From a virus, in IMG/VR virus record IMGVR_UViG_3300045988_027758: 45,074 nucleotides of DNA; one strand, written 5' to 3'. The position numbers and the translations under genes are program-made. Shown piece after piece: positions 36,270 to 43,538 of the stretch (the stretch's first letter is position 1; each line of letters opens with the position of its first letter). The notes under the pieces are model-generated. The model ran no database searches, was not told the origin of the DNA, and saw nothing but the letters and a program-made list of their open reading frames with translations.

Positions 36270-37382
36270 ATGAAGCGTTACGGTAATCTATACGAACAAA
36301 TTTATTCTATGGATAACCTACGAAAAGCACACAAGAACGCACGGAAGGGAAAAGGCTGGTATGAAGAAGTAAAGGAAGTTGATGCAAACATTGAAGTGTA
36401 CTTGAAACAGCTTCAAGAAATGCTTATCAATCATACTTACCACACTTCCAATTATGAAAAATTCATCAAGAAGGAAAACGGAAAGGAACGAGAAATTTTC
36501 AAACTTCCATATTTCCCGGATCGTATTTGCCAATGGGCTATTCTGCAAGTGATTGAGCCGTATTTAATGCGACACATGACAAAGAACACCTATTCAGCAT
36601 TACCGAAAAGAGGAATTCACAAGGCATTGCACGATGTTCAAGAAGCAATGTGGAAGGATGTTCCGAATTGCCAACACTGTTTGAAACTTGATGTAAGGCA
36701 TTATTACCCGTCCATAAATCACGACATTTTGAAGGCAAAGTTCAGAAGATTGTTCAAAGATGCTGAATTGCTTTGGTTGTTGGATGAAATCATAGACAGC
36801 ATTTGCACCGCAAACATTGAAGATTTGCGTAATATTTGGCTACTGGATGAAGATGTTGACCCGGAAACGGGAATACCAATCGGAAATTATCTTTCCCAAT
36901 ATTGCGGAAACTTCTATCTTTCTTCATTCGATCACTGGTTGAAAGAAGAAAAGCGAGTGAAGCACACATTCCGATACATGGATGATGTTGTAATTTTCGG
37001 AAGCAGCAAGGAAGAACTTCACAAGTTGCGGAAGGAAATTGCTTTGTATTTCAAAACGGAATTACGGTTGACTATAAAAGGAAATTGGCAAATCTTTCCG
37101 TCTTATGTGCGGGGCGTTGACTTTGTGGGTTATCGAACATTTTTGAATTACACCCTTCTTCGCAAGAGCAGTTGCAAGAACTTCAAGGCGAAAATGGTTA
37201 AAATCCGAAAGAAAACCGCAAACGGACAGATGATGAACTATTCCGAATGGTGCAGCGTGAATTCCTATAAAGGTTGGTTGAAGCATTGCGATAGTTACCG
37301 TTTGCAGAAGAAATATATAGAACCTATCCAGTCGGACACCGATAGATATTATCGGGAAGTAGTAAAAAGAAAGGTGGCGTAA
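36270..37382 (+). CDS. DGR-type reverse transcriptase
   Basis: N-terminus MKRYGNLYEQI; LDVRHYYPSI; DGR-diagnostic IGNYLSQ; YMDDVVIFG. ATG 36270 after AAAGGA. Confidence 0.9.
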   Translation: MKRYGNLYEQIYSMDNLRKAHKNARKGKGWYEEVKEVDANIEVYLKQLQEMLINHTYHTSNYEKFIKKENGKEREIFKLPYFPDRICQWAILQVIEPYLMRHMTKNTYSALPKRGIHKALHDVQEAMWKDVPNCQHCLKLDVRHYYPSINHDILKAKFRRLFKDAELLWLLDEIIDSICTANIEDLRNIWLLDEDVDPETGIPIGNYLSQYCGNFYLSSFDHWLKEEKRVKHTFRYMDDVVIFGSSKEELHKLRKEIALYFKTELRLTIKGNWQIFPSYVRGVDFVGYRTFLNYTLLRKSSCKNFKAKMVKIRKKTANGQMMNYSEWCSVNSYKGWLKHCDSYRLQKKYIEPIQSDTDRYYREVVKRKVA

Positions 37383-37384
37383 AC

Positions 37385-37648
37385 ATGGTTGATTACGGAA
37401 AGGTTAGAAGCACCGTCAAACCTGATGAAATTGTGATTGATGAATTCAGCGTTTGGCAGCACACCAACATTCAGGAAGTTTCCGAAAATGTGGGTGAAGA
37501 AAATGAATTCGTGGGCTATGAGTTCAACATGGTTCAGTATGACAAGAACGAATTCATTTTGAAACAGGCAAAGGAAAATGCGGAACTGTCCGAACAGATC
37601 ACGCAGACACAGATTGCCTTGACGGAAGTTTATGAAATGATGGCGTAA
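37385..37648 (+). CDS. Hypothetical acidic protein (87 aa), XkdW position
   Basis: Intact ORF with RBS AAGGTGG; C-terminal helical segment. Confidence 0.55.
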   Translation: MVDYGKVRSTVKPDEIVIDEFSVWQHTNIQEVSENVGEENEFVGYEFNMVQYDKNEFILKQAKENAELSEQITQTQIALTEVYEMMA

Positions 37649-37667
37649 GGAAAGGCGGTGAATCAGT

Positions 37668-37778
37668 ATGGCGGCTATTTATGCGGCACTTATCAAGAAG
37701 GGGTTGAAAACCCTTGAAGATGTTCCTGACAAGCTGAAAGAAGCTGTTCAGAAGATTTTGGACGGTGATACAGATTGA
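37668..37778 (+). CDS. Small protein (36 aa), XkdX/CD1375-like
   Basis: MAAIYAALIKKGLKTLEDVPDKLKEAVQKILDGDTD. RBS AAAGGCGGTG. Below the ORF-track length cutoff. Confidence 0.6.
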   Translation: MAAIYAALIKKGLKTLEDVPDKLKEAVQKILDGDTD

Positions 37779-37825
37779 TTTTCAATCTTATCATAAAAAT
37801 ACTTTTCAGAAAGGAGATTGAAGAA

Positions 37826-37951
37826 ATGGCTGTTATCTATGCAACCCTGATTATCAAGGGCAAGAAAACTTTCGCTGATGTTCCTGTCAAAATTCAGGAC
37901 AAAGTGAAGGAAGTACTGATTGACCTTGATTGCCCTGAACTGGCTGAATAA
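37826..37951 (+). CDS. Small protein (41 aa), paralogue of 37668..37778
   Basis: MAVIYATLIIKGKKTFADVPVKIQDKVKEVLIDLDCPELAE. RBS AAAGGAG. Confidence 0.6.
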   Translation: MAVIYATLIIKGKKTFADVPVKIQDKVKEVLIDLDCPELAE

Positions 37952-37983
37952 GTCGAGGGCAAGGAAACTATCACGGACAAGGT

Positions 37984-38034
37984 AAAAACCGCTATATGGG
38001 GCGTATATGAAGCCCTGTATAGCGGTTTTCTTGT
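37984..38034 (+). terminator. Long hairpin terminator before the lysis cassette
   Basis: AAAACCGCTATA ... TATAGCGGTTTT followed by cTTgTT. Confidence 0.65.
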
Positions 38035-38064
38035 TCAGTTCACACAGAAAGGAAGAATCCGAAA

Positions 38065-38496
38065 GTGAAAGAAGGTTTTTGCGCTGGAATTGGCGTTGTG
38101 GGTGGCTTCATTGCTTCCCTTTTTGGCGGGTGGGATGCCGCCCTGATTACCCTTGTGATTTTTATGGGTATCGACTACTTCACCGGGCTTATCGTTGCCG
38201 GGGTGTTCCATAATTCCAACAAGACAGAAAACGGCAGTCTTGAAAGCCTTGCCGGGTGGAAGGGGCTTTGCAGAAAGGGCGTTACCCTTCTGATTGTACT
38301 TGTTGGTTGCCGCCTTGATTTGGTAATGGGTTCAAATTTCATTCGTGATGCGGTGGTTATCGCTTTCATTGCGAACGAAACAATCAGCATTGTTGAAAAT
38401 GCGGGGCTTATGGGTATGCCTATCCCGTCCGTTATTGTCAAGGCGATTGAAGTTTTGAAGAAAAAGGCAGAAAGTGAGGATAAAGAAAATGAGTAA
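38065..38496 (+). CDS. Holin (Holin_4_1 / TcdE-like)
   Basis: Three hydrophobic segments, FTGLIVAG and ANETISIVENAG blocks, charged C-terminus. GTG start after AAAGGAAG. Confidence 0.85.
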   Translation: MKEGFCAGIGVVGGFIASLFGGWDAALITLVIFMGIDYFTGLIVAGVFHNSNKTENGSLESLAGWKGLCRKGVTLLIVLVGCRLDLVMGSNFIRDAVVIAFIANETISIVENAGLMGMPIPSVIVKAIEVLKKKAESEDKENE

Positions 38497-39415
38497 TTCA
38501 AGTTTGATTTCGTACACGAAACTTAGCCCGAACCACAGCGGGCAGCGTACACACAGCGTTGACCGTATCACGCCCCATTGCGTTGTAGGTCAGCTTTCTT
38601 GTGAAACTATTTGTGACTGCTTCCCAGCAGGAAGGGGCGCAAGCTGCAATTATGGCATTGGCAAGGATGGGCGTATTGCCCTTTGCGTTGACGAGGACAA
38701 CCGTTCTTGGTGTTCTTCCAGCAATGCCAACGATCAGCGGGCAATCACGATTGAATGCGCTTCTGATAAAACTGAACCGTATGCAATGACGGATGCGGTA
38801 TATGCAAGCCTGATTGACCTTTGCACTGATATTTGCAAGCGTTACGGGAAAACTAAACTGCTTTGGTTTGCCGATAAGGAAAAAACCCTTGCATACAACC
38901 CGGCAGCGGATGAAATGATTATCACCGTGCATAGATGGTTTGCAAACAAGAGTTGTCCGGGCGATTGGCTGTATAACCGTTTGGGCGATCTTGCCGCAAA
39001 GGTAACGGCAAAGTTAGGCGGTACGGCTTCCAATCCTTCCGGCACTCTGTACCGTGTGCAGACCGGGGCATATACAAAGAAAGCAAACGCTGATGCACAG
39101 CTTGAAAAGGTAAAGGCGGCGGGCTTTGATACCTACATGGTTCAGGCGGGCGGCTATTACAAAATTCAGGTTGGTGCATACAGTAAGAAGGAAAATGCGG
39201 TTGCTATGGCAGCAAAGCTGAAAGCAGCCGGGTTTGATACCTTCATTACCACGGAACAGGGAACAGCGGTCACGGTGAAGAAATCCGTTCAGGAAATCGC
39301 CCGTGAAGTGGTTGCCGGGAAGTGGGGCAACGGTGAGGAACGCAAGAAAAAGCTGATTGCGGCGGGGTATGATTACAGCGCAGTTCAGGCAGCAGTAAAC
39401 GCCCTGATGGGCTAA
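38489..39415 (+). CDS. Endolysin: N-acetylmuramoyl-L-alanine amidase + 2 SPOR-like repeats + CW_7-like motif
   Basis: Amidase_2-like N-terminal domain. YRVQTGAYTKKANADAQLEKVKAAGFD / YKIQVGAYSKKENAVAMAAKLKAAGFD. GKWGNGEERKKKLIAAGYDYSAVQAAVN. Confidence 0.85.
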   Translation: MSNSSLISYTKLSPNHSGQRTHSVDRITPHCVVGQLSCETICDCFPAGRGASCNYGIGKDGRIALCVDEDNRSWCSSSNANDQRAITIECASDKTEPYAMTDAVYASLIDLCTDICKRYGKTKLLWFADKEKTLAYNPAADEMIITVHRWFANKSCPGDWLYNRLGDLAAKVTAKLGGTASNPSGTLYRVQTGAYTKKANADAQLEKVKAAGFDTYMVQAGGYYKIQVGAYSKKENAVAMAAKLKAAGFDTFITTEQGTAVTVKKSVQEIAREVVAGKWGNGEERKKKLIAAGYDYSAVQAAVNALMG

Positions 39416-39599
39416 TTTTTGTGTTACTTATTTGTTACTAATTGCCCCGTATTTTCGAGGTTTTGCATAGCATTATATATTGAACAACCTTGAAAATATA
39501 GGCGTTTCGGGGGATAGCAAACACCCCTGATTTATGGTATAATAAACACAAAAACGGCGGCAACCCTTGATTTTTCAGGGGTTGCCGCTTTTCTTGTTA
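39416..39599. other. Candidate attP region
   Basis: Non-coding stretch between the endolysin and int. TTGTTACTAA at 39432-39441 and 39593-39602, with a partial copy at 39421-39430. Confidence 0.4.
39554..39593. terminator. Terminator between the convergent endolysin and integrase genes
   Basis: GGCGGCAACCCTTGA-ttt-TTCAGGGGTTGCCGC, then TTTT on the + strand and an A-run upstream. Confidence 0.75.
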
Positions 39600-40607
39600 C
39601 TAACTCGTTATTAGTTCAATGTTCAATCGCAGTTCTTCTATATTTTTATGAGTGTAGACCCTTTCACCTGTTCCCTTCGATTTGTGACCCATGAGCCTAT
39701 CAATACACACCTTGTTTGCACCCGCTGAATCCAACCGTGAACGGAAGGTGTGGCGGCATTCGTGCGGGGTGTGTTCCATTTGCAGTTTGTCCATAATGTC
39801 AGCCCAAAATTCCCGGTACTGACTTTGATTTAGCTTCTTTCCGTTGTACTCAAACAGATAGCCGCTTTTGGACTGTTCAAAGTGTTTCTGAACTATGCTT
39901 TGAATTTTTGAATGAATTGGAACAATACGATTTTTACCCGCCGCCGTTTTCGTTCCCCCGGTTATTGTCAGTTCTTTCAAGTCAACATTGGAAGTTTTCA
40001 AGGCTATCATTTCCGAAATTCTAAACCCGGTGTAAAGGAAAAACAGAACTGAATCAACCCATTCCAAATTTTGATTTTCCCAAAGGCGGGAAACTTCTTC
40101 ATCCGTGAAGATTTCCTTCGTTGTTTCCGGGATTGGATCAGAGGTCAACAGACTTGAACACTGTTTTGAAATTATATCAAGTTCCATTGCGAAACGGTCA
40201 AGATGCCCCCAAAGGTTTTTAATCGCCCCTTGGGTGGAATACCCCTTCCCGCATTCGTCAATGCAATCTTGCATTTGGTATGATTTGATTTGGTTATACC
40301 GAACCTTTCCCAATTTGGAACAATGCTTGTATGCAGATTTCAGGGAACTTTGATTTGATGAACCCAATTTCACAGCCCGCTTTTCAAGCCACAAATCATA
40401 GAGTTCTTGCAAGGTGATTTTGTCCGTTTCAATATCCCACGGATCATTGTTGTACTTTGCAAGCATAATCAAACCTTCTTCCCGTGTTGTGGTGTAGCCT
40501 ATGGGTTTTTGCTTCCCGGACTTACCTTCTTTAACAACCCACGGTTTTCTTCTATTCCCTGACAGCTTCGTTACTGTTCCGTAACCATTCGGATTTTTCA
40601 ATAACAT
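39600..40607 (-). CDS. int: Tyrosine recombinase / phage integrase
   Basis: HECRHTFRSRL, LMGH, ERVYTH catalytic region. N-terminal SAM-like arm domain. Confidence 0.9.
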   Translation of the reverse strand: MLLKNPNGYGTVTKLSGNRRKPWVVKEGKSGKQKPIGYTTTREEGLIMLAKYNNDPWDIETDKITLQELYDLWLEKRAVKLGSSNQSSLKSAYKHCSKLGKVRYNQIKSYQMQDCIDECGKGYSTQGAIKNLWGHLDRFAMELDIISKQCSSLLTSDPIPETTKEIFTDEEVSRLWENQNLEWVDSVLFFLYTGFRISEMIALKTSNVDLKELTITGGTKTAAGKNRIVPIHSKIQSIVQKHFEQSKSGYLFEYNGKKLNQSQYREFWADIMDKLQMEHTPHECRHTFRSRLDSAGANKVCIDRLMGHKSKGTGERVYTHKNIEELRLNIELITS

Positions 40608-40621
40608 TCACCGCCTTATTC

Positions 40622-40650
40622 TTGAAAATTGCACATTCAGGCGGTATAAT
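40622..40650 (+). promoter_or_regulatory. Near-consensus sigma-A promoter pointing away from int
   Basis: TTGAAA (40622-40627), 17-nt spacer, TATAAT (40645-40650). Confidence 0.6.
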
Positions 40651-40656
40651 AATATA

Positions 40657-40740
40657 GACCGCCTGAAAAATCACTTCATCCTGATTTTCGGTCACTTCCC
40701 CCGTTGGTGTTGCAGCACTGACGGGGGATTTTTTGTTTTT
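40657..40740 (+). ncRNA. Candidate small RNA of about 80 nt, antisense to the int leader / 89-aa gene 3' end
   Basis: Bounded by the promoter above and a 13-bp terminator (40697-40709 / 40716-40728) with TTTTTTGTTTTT. It has an internal AAAATCA/TGATTTT hairpin and no ORF. Confidence 0.45.
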
Positions 40741-41008
40741 AGAAGCAAGCCTGAACAATAGCCTTATACAACTTATCATCTACTTCCAAAAGGCTTTTCT
40801 TTCCATCTTTGAACAGGATTTTTACTTGATAGCCATTCTTGGACATTGCCCCGGCAGTACCACCTAAAACTTCATAACTTTCAACGGTGGTACTATTCAA
40901 ACGCAACTGCTTCAAAAATCCTAAAGAAATCCCAGCGTTAGAAGAACCACCGCCAACAACTAAACTTCCCGCATAGTCACCATTTATAACACGATTTTTT
41001 GCACCCAT
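40739..41008 (-). CDS. Hypothetical 89-aa protein in the int-repressor moron slot
   Basis: Intact ORF with RBS (AAGAAAGGGTGA). Gly/Ser-rich N-terminus, beta-rich C-terminus. Confidence 0.6.
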   Translation of the reverse strand: MGAKNRVINGDYAGSLVVGGGSSNAGISLGFLKQLRLNSTTVESYEVLGGTAGAMSKNGYQVKILFKDGKKSLLEVDDKLYKAIVQACF

Positions 41009-41253
41009 AAAATCACCCTTTCTTGAAATAAACTTTTCAATTCTTCAAGATATTCAACTTCAACATAATGTTTTATATACTTTCATATTTTCAGCAACAC
41101 TATAAATTTACGATGAAATAAAAATCTTCTTATATAAGAACGGAAGAAACAACTTGAATAAGTTGAAGAACACAGTGATTGCAATGAAAATCAAGTTGAA
41201 TGAAAAGTTGAATGTATTTTGAATTTACCTTGAAGATTGGAAGTCAACAAAAA
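41009..41253. promoter_or_regulatory. AT-rich intergenic region with AAGTTGAATG-family repeats
   Basis: AAGTTGAATGAA at 41192-41203; AAGTTGAATG at 41205-41214; CAACTTGAATAAGTTGAAG at 41149-41167. GTTGAAGTTGAAT lies on the minus strand at 41051-41063. The 12-mer and 13-mer recur at 13158-13173. Confidence 0.55.
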
Positions 41254-41727
41254 TTACATTGCCTGTTCGCTTGATGATCCTTCTTTTGCAGAATACTTTT
41301 CATCTTCAAGCATGAGTTCCATTTTTCCAATCACTTTTCCCTGATCCAAAGTATCAAGCTGGACAAACAGTTTTACAGCTTCAAAGGTTTCTTTACCATA
41401 GCACTTTTCAAATAGTTCACAGGCAGTAACTTCACTTTGAAGCTGCTGTTCTAATTTTTCCAGCTCTTTTCTTCCCGCTGGAACATTGTAGCCCATAAGC
41501 CAAACTTCATTTACATTGAGAGCCATTCCTAAAATAGAGAGTTTGTCCTGTTTTGGTTCTACCTTACCTGAAACATATTGGCTTAAATCGTTTTTCTTTA
41601 ATTGAACACCATATCTTTCACAGTAAGGCTTGCAGGCTTCTAATATATCAACCTGTTTCAAACCACGCTCTGACATTATTTGTTTTAATCTGTCAGCGGT
41701 AGTCAGTTCCTTCATTTTGTTGTTCAC
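41254..41727 (-). CDS. XRE-family HTH repressor (CI-like, no S24 peptidase domain)
   Basis: HTH LKQVDILEACKPYCERYGVQLKKNDLSQYVSG. Divergent from the early operon. The start is GTG 41727 or, more likely, ATG 41715. Confidence 0.85.
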   Translation of the reverse strand: MNNKMKELTTADRLKQIMSERGLKQVDILEACKPYCERYGVQLKKNDLSQYVSGKVEPKQDKLSILGMALNVNEVWLMGYNVPAGRKELEKLEQQLQSEVTACELFEKCYGKETFEAVKLFVQLDTLDQGKVIGKMELMLEDEKYSAKEGSSSEQAM

Positions 41728-41753
41728 CCCTTTCCTTTAAGGACTGTAACCTT

Positions 41754-41782
41754 ATTATATACGCCCTTGAAGAAAAGTTCAA
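41754..41782 (-). promoter_or_regulatory. Repressor-maintenance-type promoter
   Basis: On the minus strand: TTGAAC (41782-41777), 17-nt spacer, TATAAT (41759-41754). Confidence 0.65.
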
Positions 41783-41877
41783 GAGGGACATGAAAAAAAG
41801 TTCAATATTTTTGAAAAAACCTATTGACAAAGGGAAACGCCCTTGCTATAATGAATACAAGTTCAAAGGAATTGAAC
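41767..41877. promoter_or_regulatory. Operator set built on GTTCAA / TTGAAC half-sites
   Basis: TTGAAgaaaaGTTCAA at 41767-41782 (overlaps the minus-strand -35). GTTCAAtatttTTGAAA at 41800-41816. GTTCAAaggaaTTGAAC at 41861-41877 (just downstream of the PR -10). Confidence 0.6.
41824..41852 (+). promoter_or_regulatory. Early rightward promoter (PR-like)
   Basis: TTGACA (41824-41829), 17-nt spacer, TATAAT (41847-41852): perfect consensus. Confidence 0.75.
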
Positions 41878-41912
41878 AAAGCCGCTGCAACGGTAGGAAG
41901 GATGAAGTGATT

Positions 41913-42197
41913 ATGAATGTAACGATGAAAGCGATGCTTGAAAAACTGGTTAAAGATTTTAACGACTATTCTGAACTGGTTGCTTTGAATTACGCACAGA
42001 AGAAAGAAGGAAAGTGTGATGAAGGAACGCTTCAATGGAACAGGGGGAACATGAACCGCATTGAAGAATACATGAAGGGGCTTGCGGATGTGATGGGCGT
42101 AAAGCTTGAATATGAATGCGGTGTTCATTCGTTTGGGTTCGATGATTGGAAACGCAACCTTGAATACAGAACGGTACAGATTGTGAAAGCGTGGTAA
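41913..42197 (+). CDS. Hypothetical early protein (94 aa)
   Basis: ATG 41913 after AGGAAGGATGAAG. The upstream part of track ORF 41790..42197 covers the promoter. Confidence 0.6.
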   Translation: MNVTMKAMLEKLVKDFNDYSELVALNYAQKKEGKCDEGTLQWNRGNMNRIEEYMKGLADVMGVKLEYECGVHSFGFDDWKRNLEYRTVQIVKAW

Positions 42198-42202
42198 GCA
42201 AT

Positions 42203-42394
42203 ATGAATTGGGAACAGGAAAAAGCCTATTGCAAGAAACGGGCAAAGAAACTGAAAACCGAAATGGAAGCGGCAGTTGCCGCTTCCGATGAGGAAAGATT
42301 TATTAAAGCTTACCAAACAGCAATGCGGTACATGACAAAGAAAGAATTGAAGCCCTTGTATATGGCTTTCATCAGAAAGGCGGCGAAAGTATGA
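42203..42394 (+). CDS. Hypothetical early protein (63 aa)
   Basis: ATG 42203 (GTG 42191 is an alternative); helical, Lys-rich. Confidence 0.5.
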   Translation: MNWEQEKAYCKKRAKKLKTEMEAAVAASDEERFIKAYQTAMRYMTKKELKPLYMAFIRKAAKV

Positions 42395-43071
42395 GCGAAA
42401 CGAGTTTGAAACCTGTAATTGAAAAACTTGAAAATTTATTTTCAAAGTTCAATGAGAAGTTCTATAACGGTGAACTTCAAACCCCGATTATTACGGTAAG
42501 CCCCGACACAACAAAGGGTGCTTATGGTTGGTGTACTGCTTGGAAAGCGTGGAGCAACAAGCAGCCGGAACAGAAAAAGACGACTGACCTTGCGGCAATG
42601 AGCAAGGAAGATTTGGAAAATCTGAAAAAGGATGAAGGGTTCTACGAAATCAATATTTGCGCTGAACACCTTGCAAGACCTTTTGAACAGGTTGCGGAAA
42701 CGCTGCTTCACGAAATGGTTCACCTTTACAATTTACAGATTGGGGTTCAGGACACAAGCCGGGGTGGTACTTATCACAATAAGAAATACAAAGAAGCCGC
42801 CGAACAGCACGGTTTGACCGTTGGCAAAGATGCAAAATACGGCTGGACAGTAACCACCCTGAACGATGAAGCGAAAGCCTTTGTTGCAAGTTTTCAGGAT
42901 AAGAAGTTTGAGTTACACCGCAAGAATTTTCCGAAAATCCCCGGTGCAGCCAAAACAAAGCAGTCCACCCGCAAATATGTTTGCCCGATGTGCGGAACGA
43001 TTATCAGAGCAACGAAAGAAGTTCATGTTGTTTGCGGTGATTGTGAAGTCGAATTTGAGGAAGAAAGCTAA
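42391..43071 (+). CDS. SprT-like zinc metalloprotease with C-terminal zinc ribbon
   Basis: HEMVH (HExxH) in the context LLHEMVHLYN. C-terminus CPMCG...VVCGDCE. Confidence 0.75.
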   Translation: MSETSLKPVIEKLENLFSKFNEKFYNGELQTPIITVSPDTTKGAYGWCTAWKAWSNKQPEQKKTTDLAAMSKEDLENLKKDEGFYEINICAEHLARPFEQVAETLLHEMVHLYNLQIGVQDTSRGGTYHNKKYKEAAEQHGLTVGKDAKYGWTVTTLNDEAKAFVASFQDKKFELHRKNFPKIPGAAKTKQSTRKYVCPMCGTIIRATKEVHVVCGDCEVEFEEES

Positions 43072-43108
43072 ACAGCTTCTTCCAGTTTGAGAAGAAAGGA
43101 AGGACAGT

Positions 43109-43519
43109 ATGAGTTATAAATATTACAGTACGGAACGCCCGGTAATGCCGGGTTCGTTCCCGAAGCCGCAGGGAAACACGGTGCTGAACATTGAAAATTT
43201 CAACGACCGTTCCTATGTTGCAAAAATCGGGCGTGAAGCGTGGGGATTTATCGAATATGAAAAGCCGATTTCCCCGGTTCTGCTGGATGATTATGAACTG
43301 GTTGCCGCTTCTGATGAAGAAGATAAGGATAAAATTTGTAAGCTGCTTTGTAAGGTGTTGCAGCTTACCCGTGGGGCTTCCGATTTGAAAAGCCTTGATT
43401 TCAACCCCGATTCTGAAATTGTAACAGCGGTTTTTGAGGGTGGAAGCAGAACAATCAATGTTGCTTGTGATTCGGGAACGGCAATGATCCGTGACATTAT
43501 GAATCATTTGGAGTGCTAA
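43109..43519 (+). CDS. Hypothetical early protein (136 aa)
   Basis: N-terminal block YYSTERPVMPGSFPKP...IGREAWGFIEYEKPIS, reminiscent of domains seen in polyvalent proteins of mobile elements (unverified). Confidence 0.55.
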   Translation: MSYKYYSTERPVMPGSFPKPQGNTVLNIENFNDRSYVAKIGREAWGFIEYEKPISPVLLDDYELVAASDEEDKDKICKLLCKVLQLTRGASDLKSLDFNPDSEIVTAVFEGGSRTINVACDSGTAMIRDIMNHLEC

Positions 43520-43538
43520 AGGAAGAAGGTGAAAACTA

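Larger units (their letters stand above)
35723..37382 (+). mobile_element. Diversity-generating retroelement cassette (VR - TR - RT, no Avd ORF)
   Basis: See the VR, TR and RT features. Confidence 0.9.

Noticed and set aside
39416-39599. Looked for a tRNA or tmRNA-like integration target copy, and for LexA (GAAC-N4-GTTC) boxes near the switch
   Set aside because: No cloverleaf-compatible sequence was found by eye. The GTTCAA/TTGAAC operators have the opposite half-site order from a Cheo box, so no SOS box is claimed.
41790-41912. N-terminal extension of the first early ORF (track start 41790)
   Set aside because: The extension covers the TTGACA-17-TATAAT promoter and the operators. ATG 41913 has a strong RBS downstream of the predicted transcription start.
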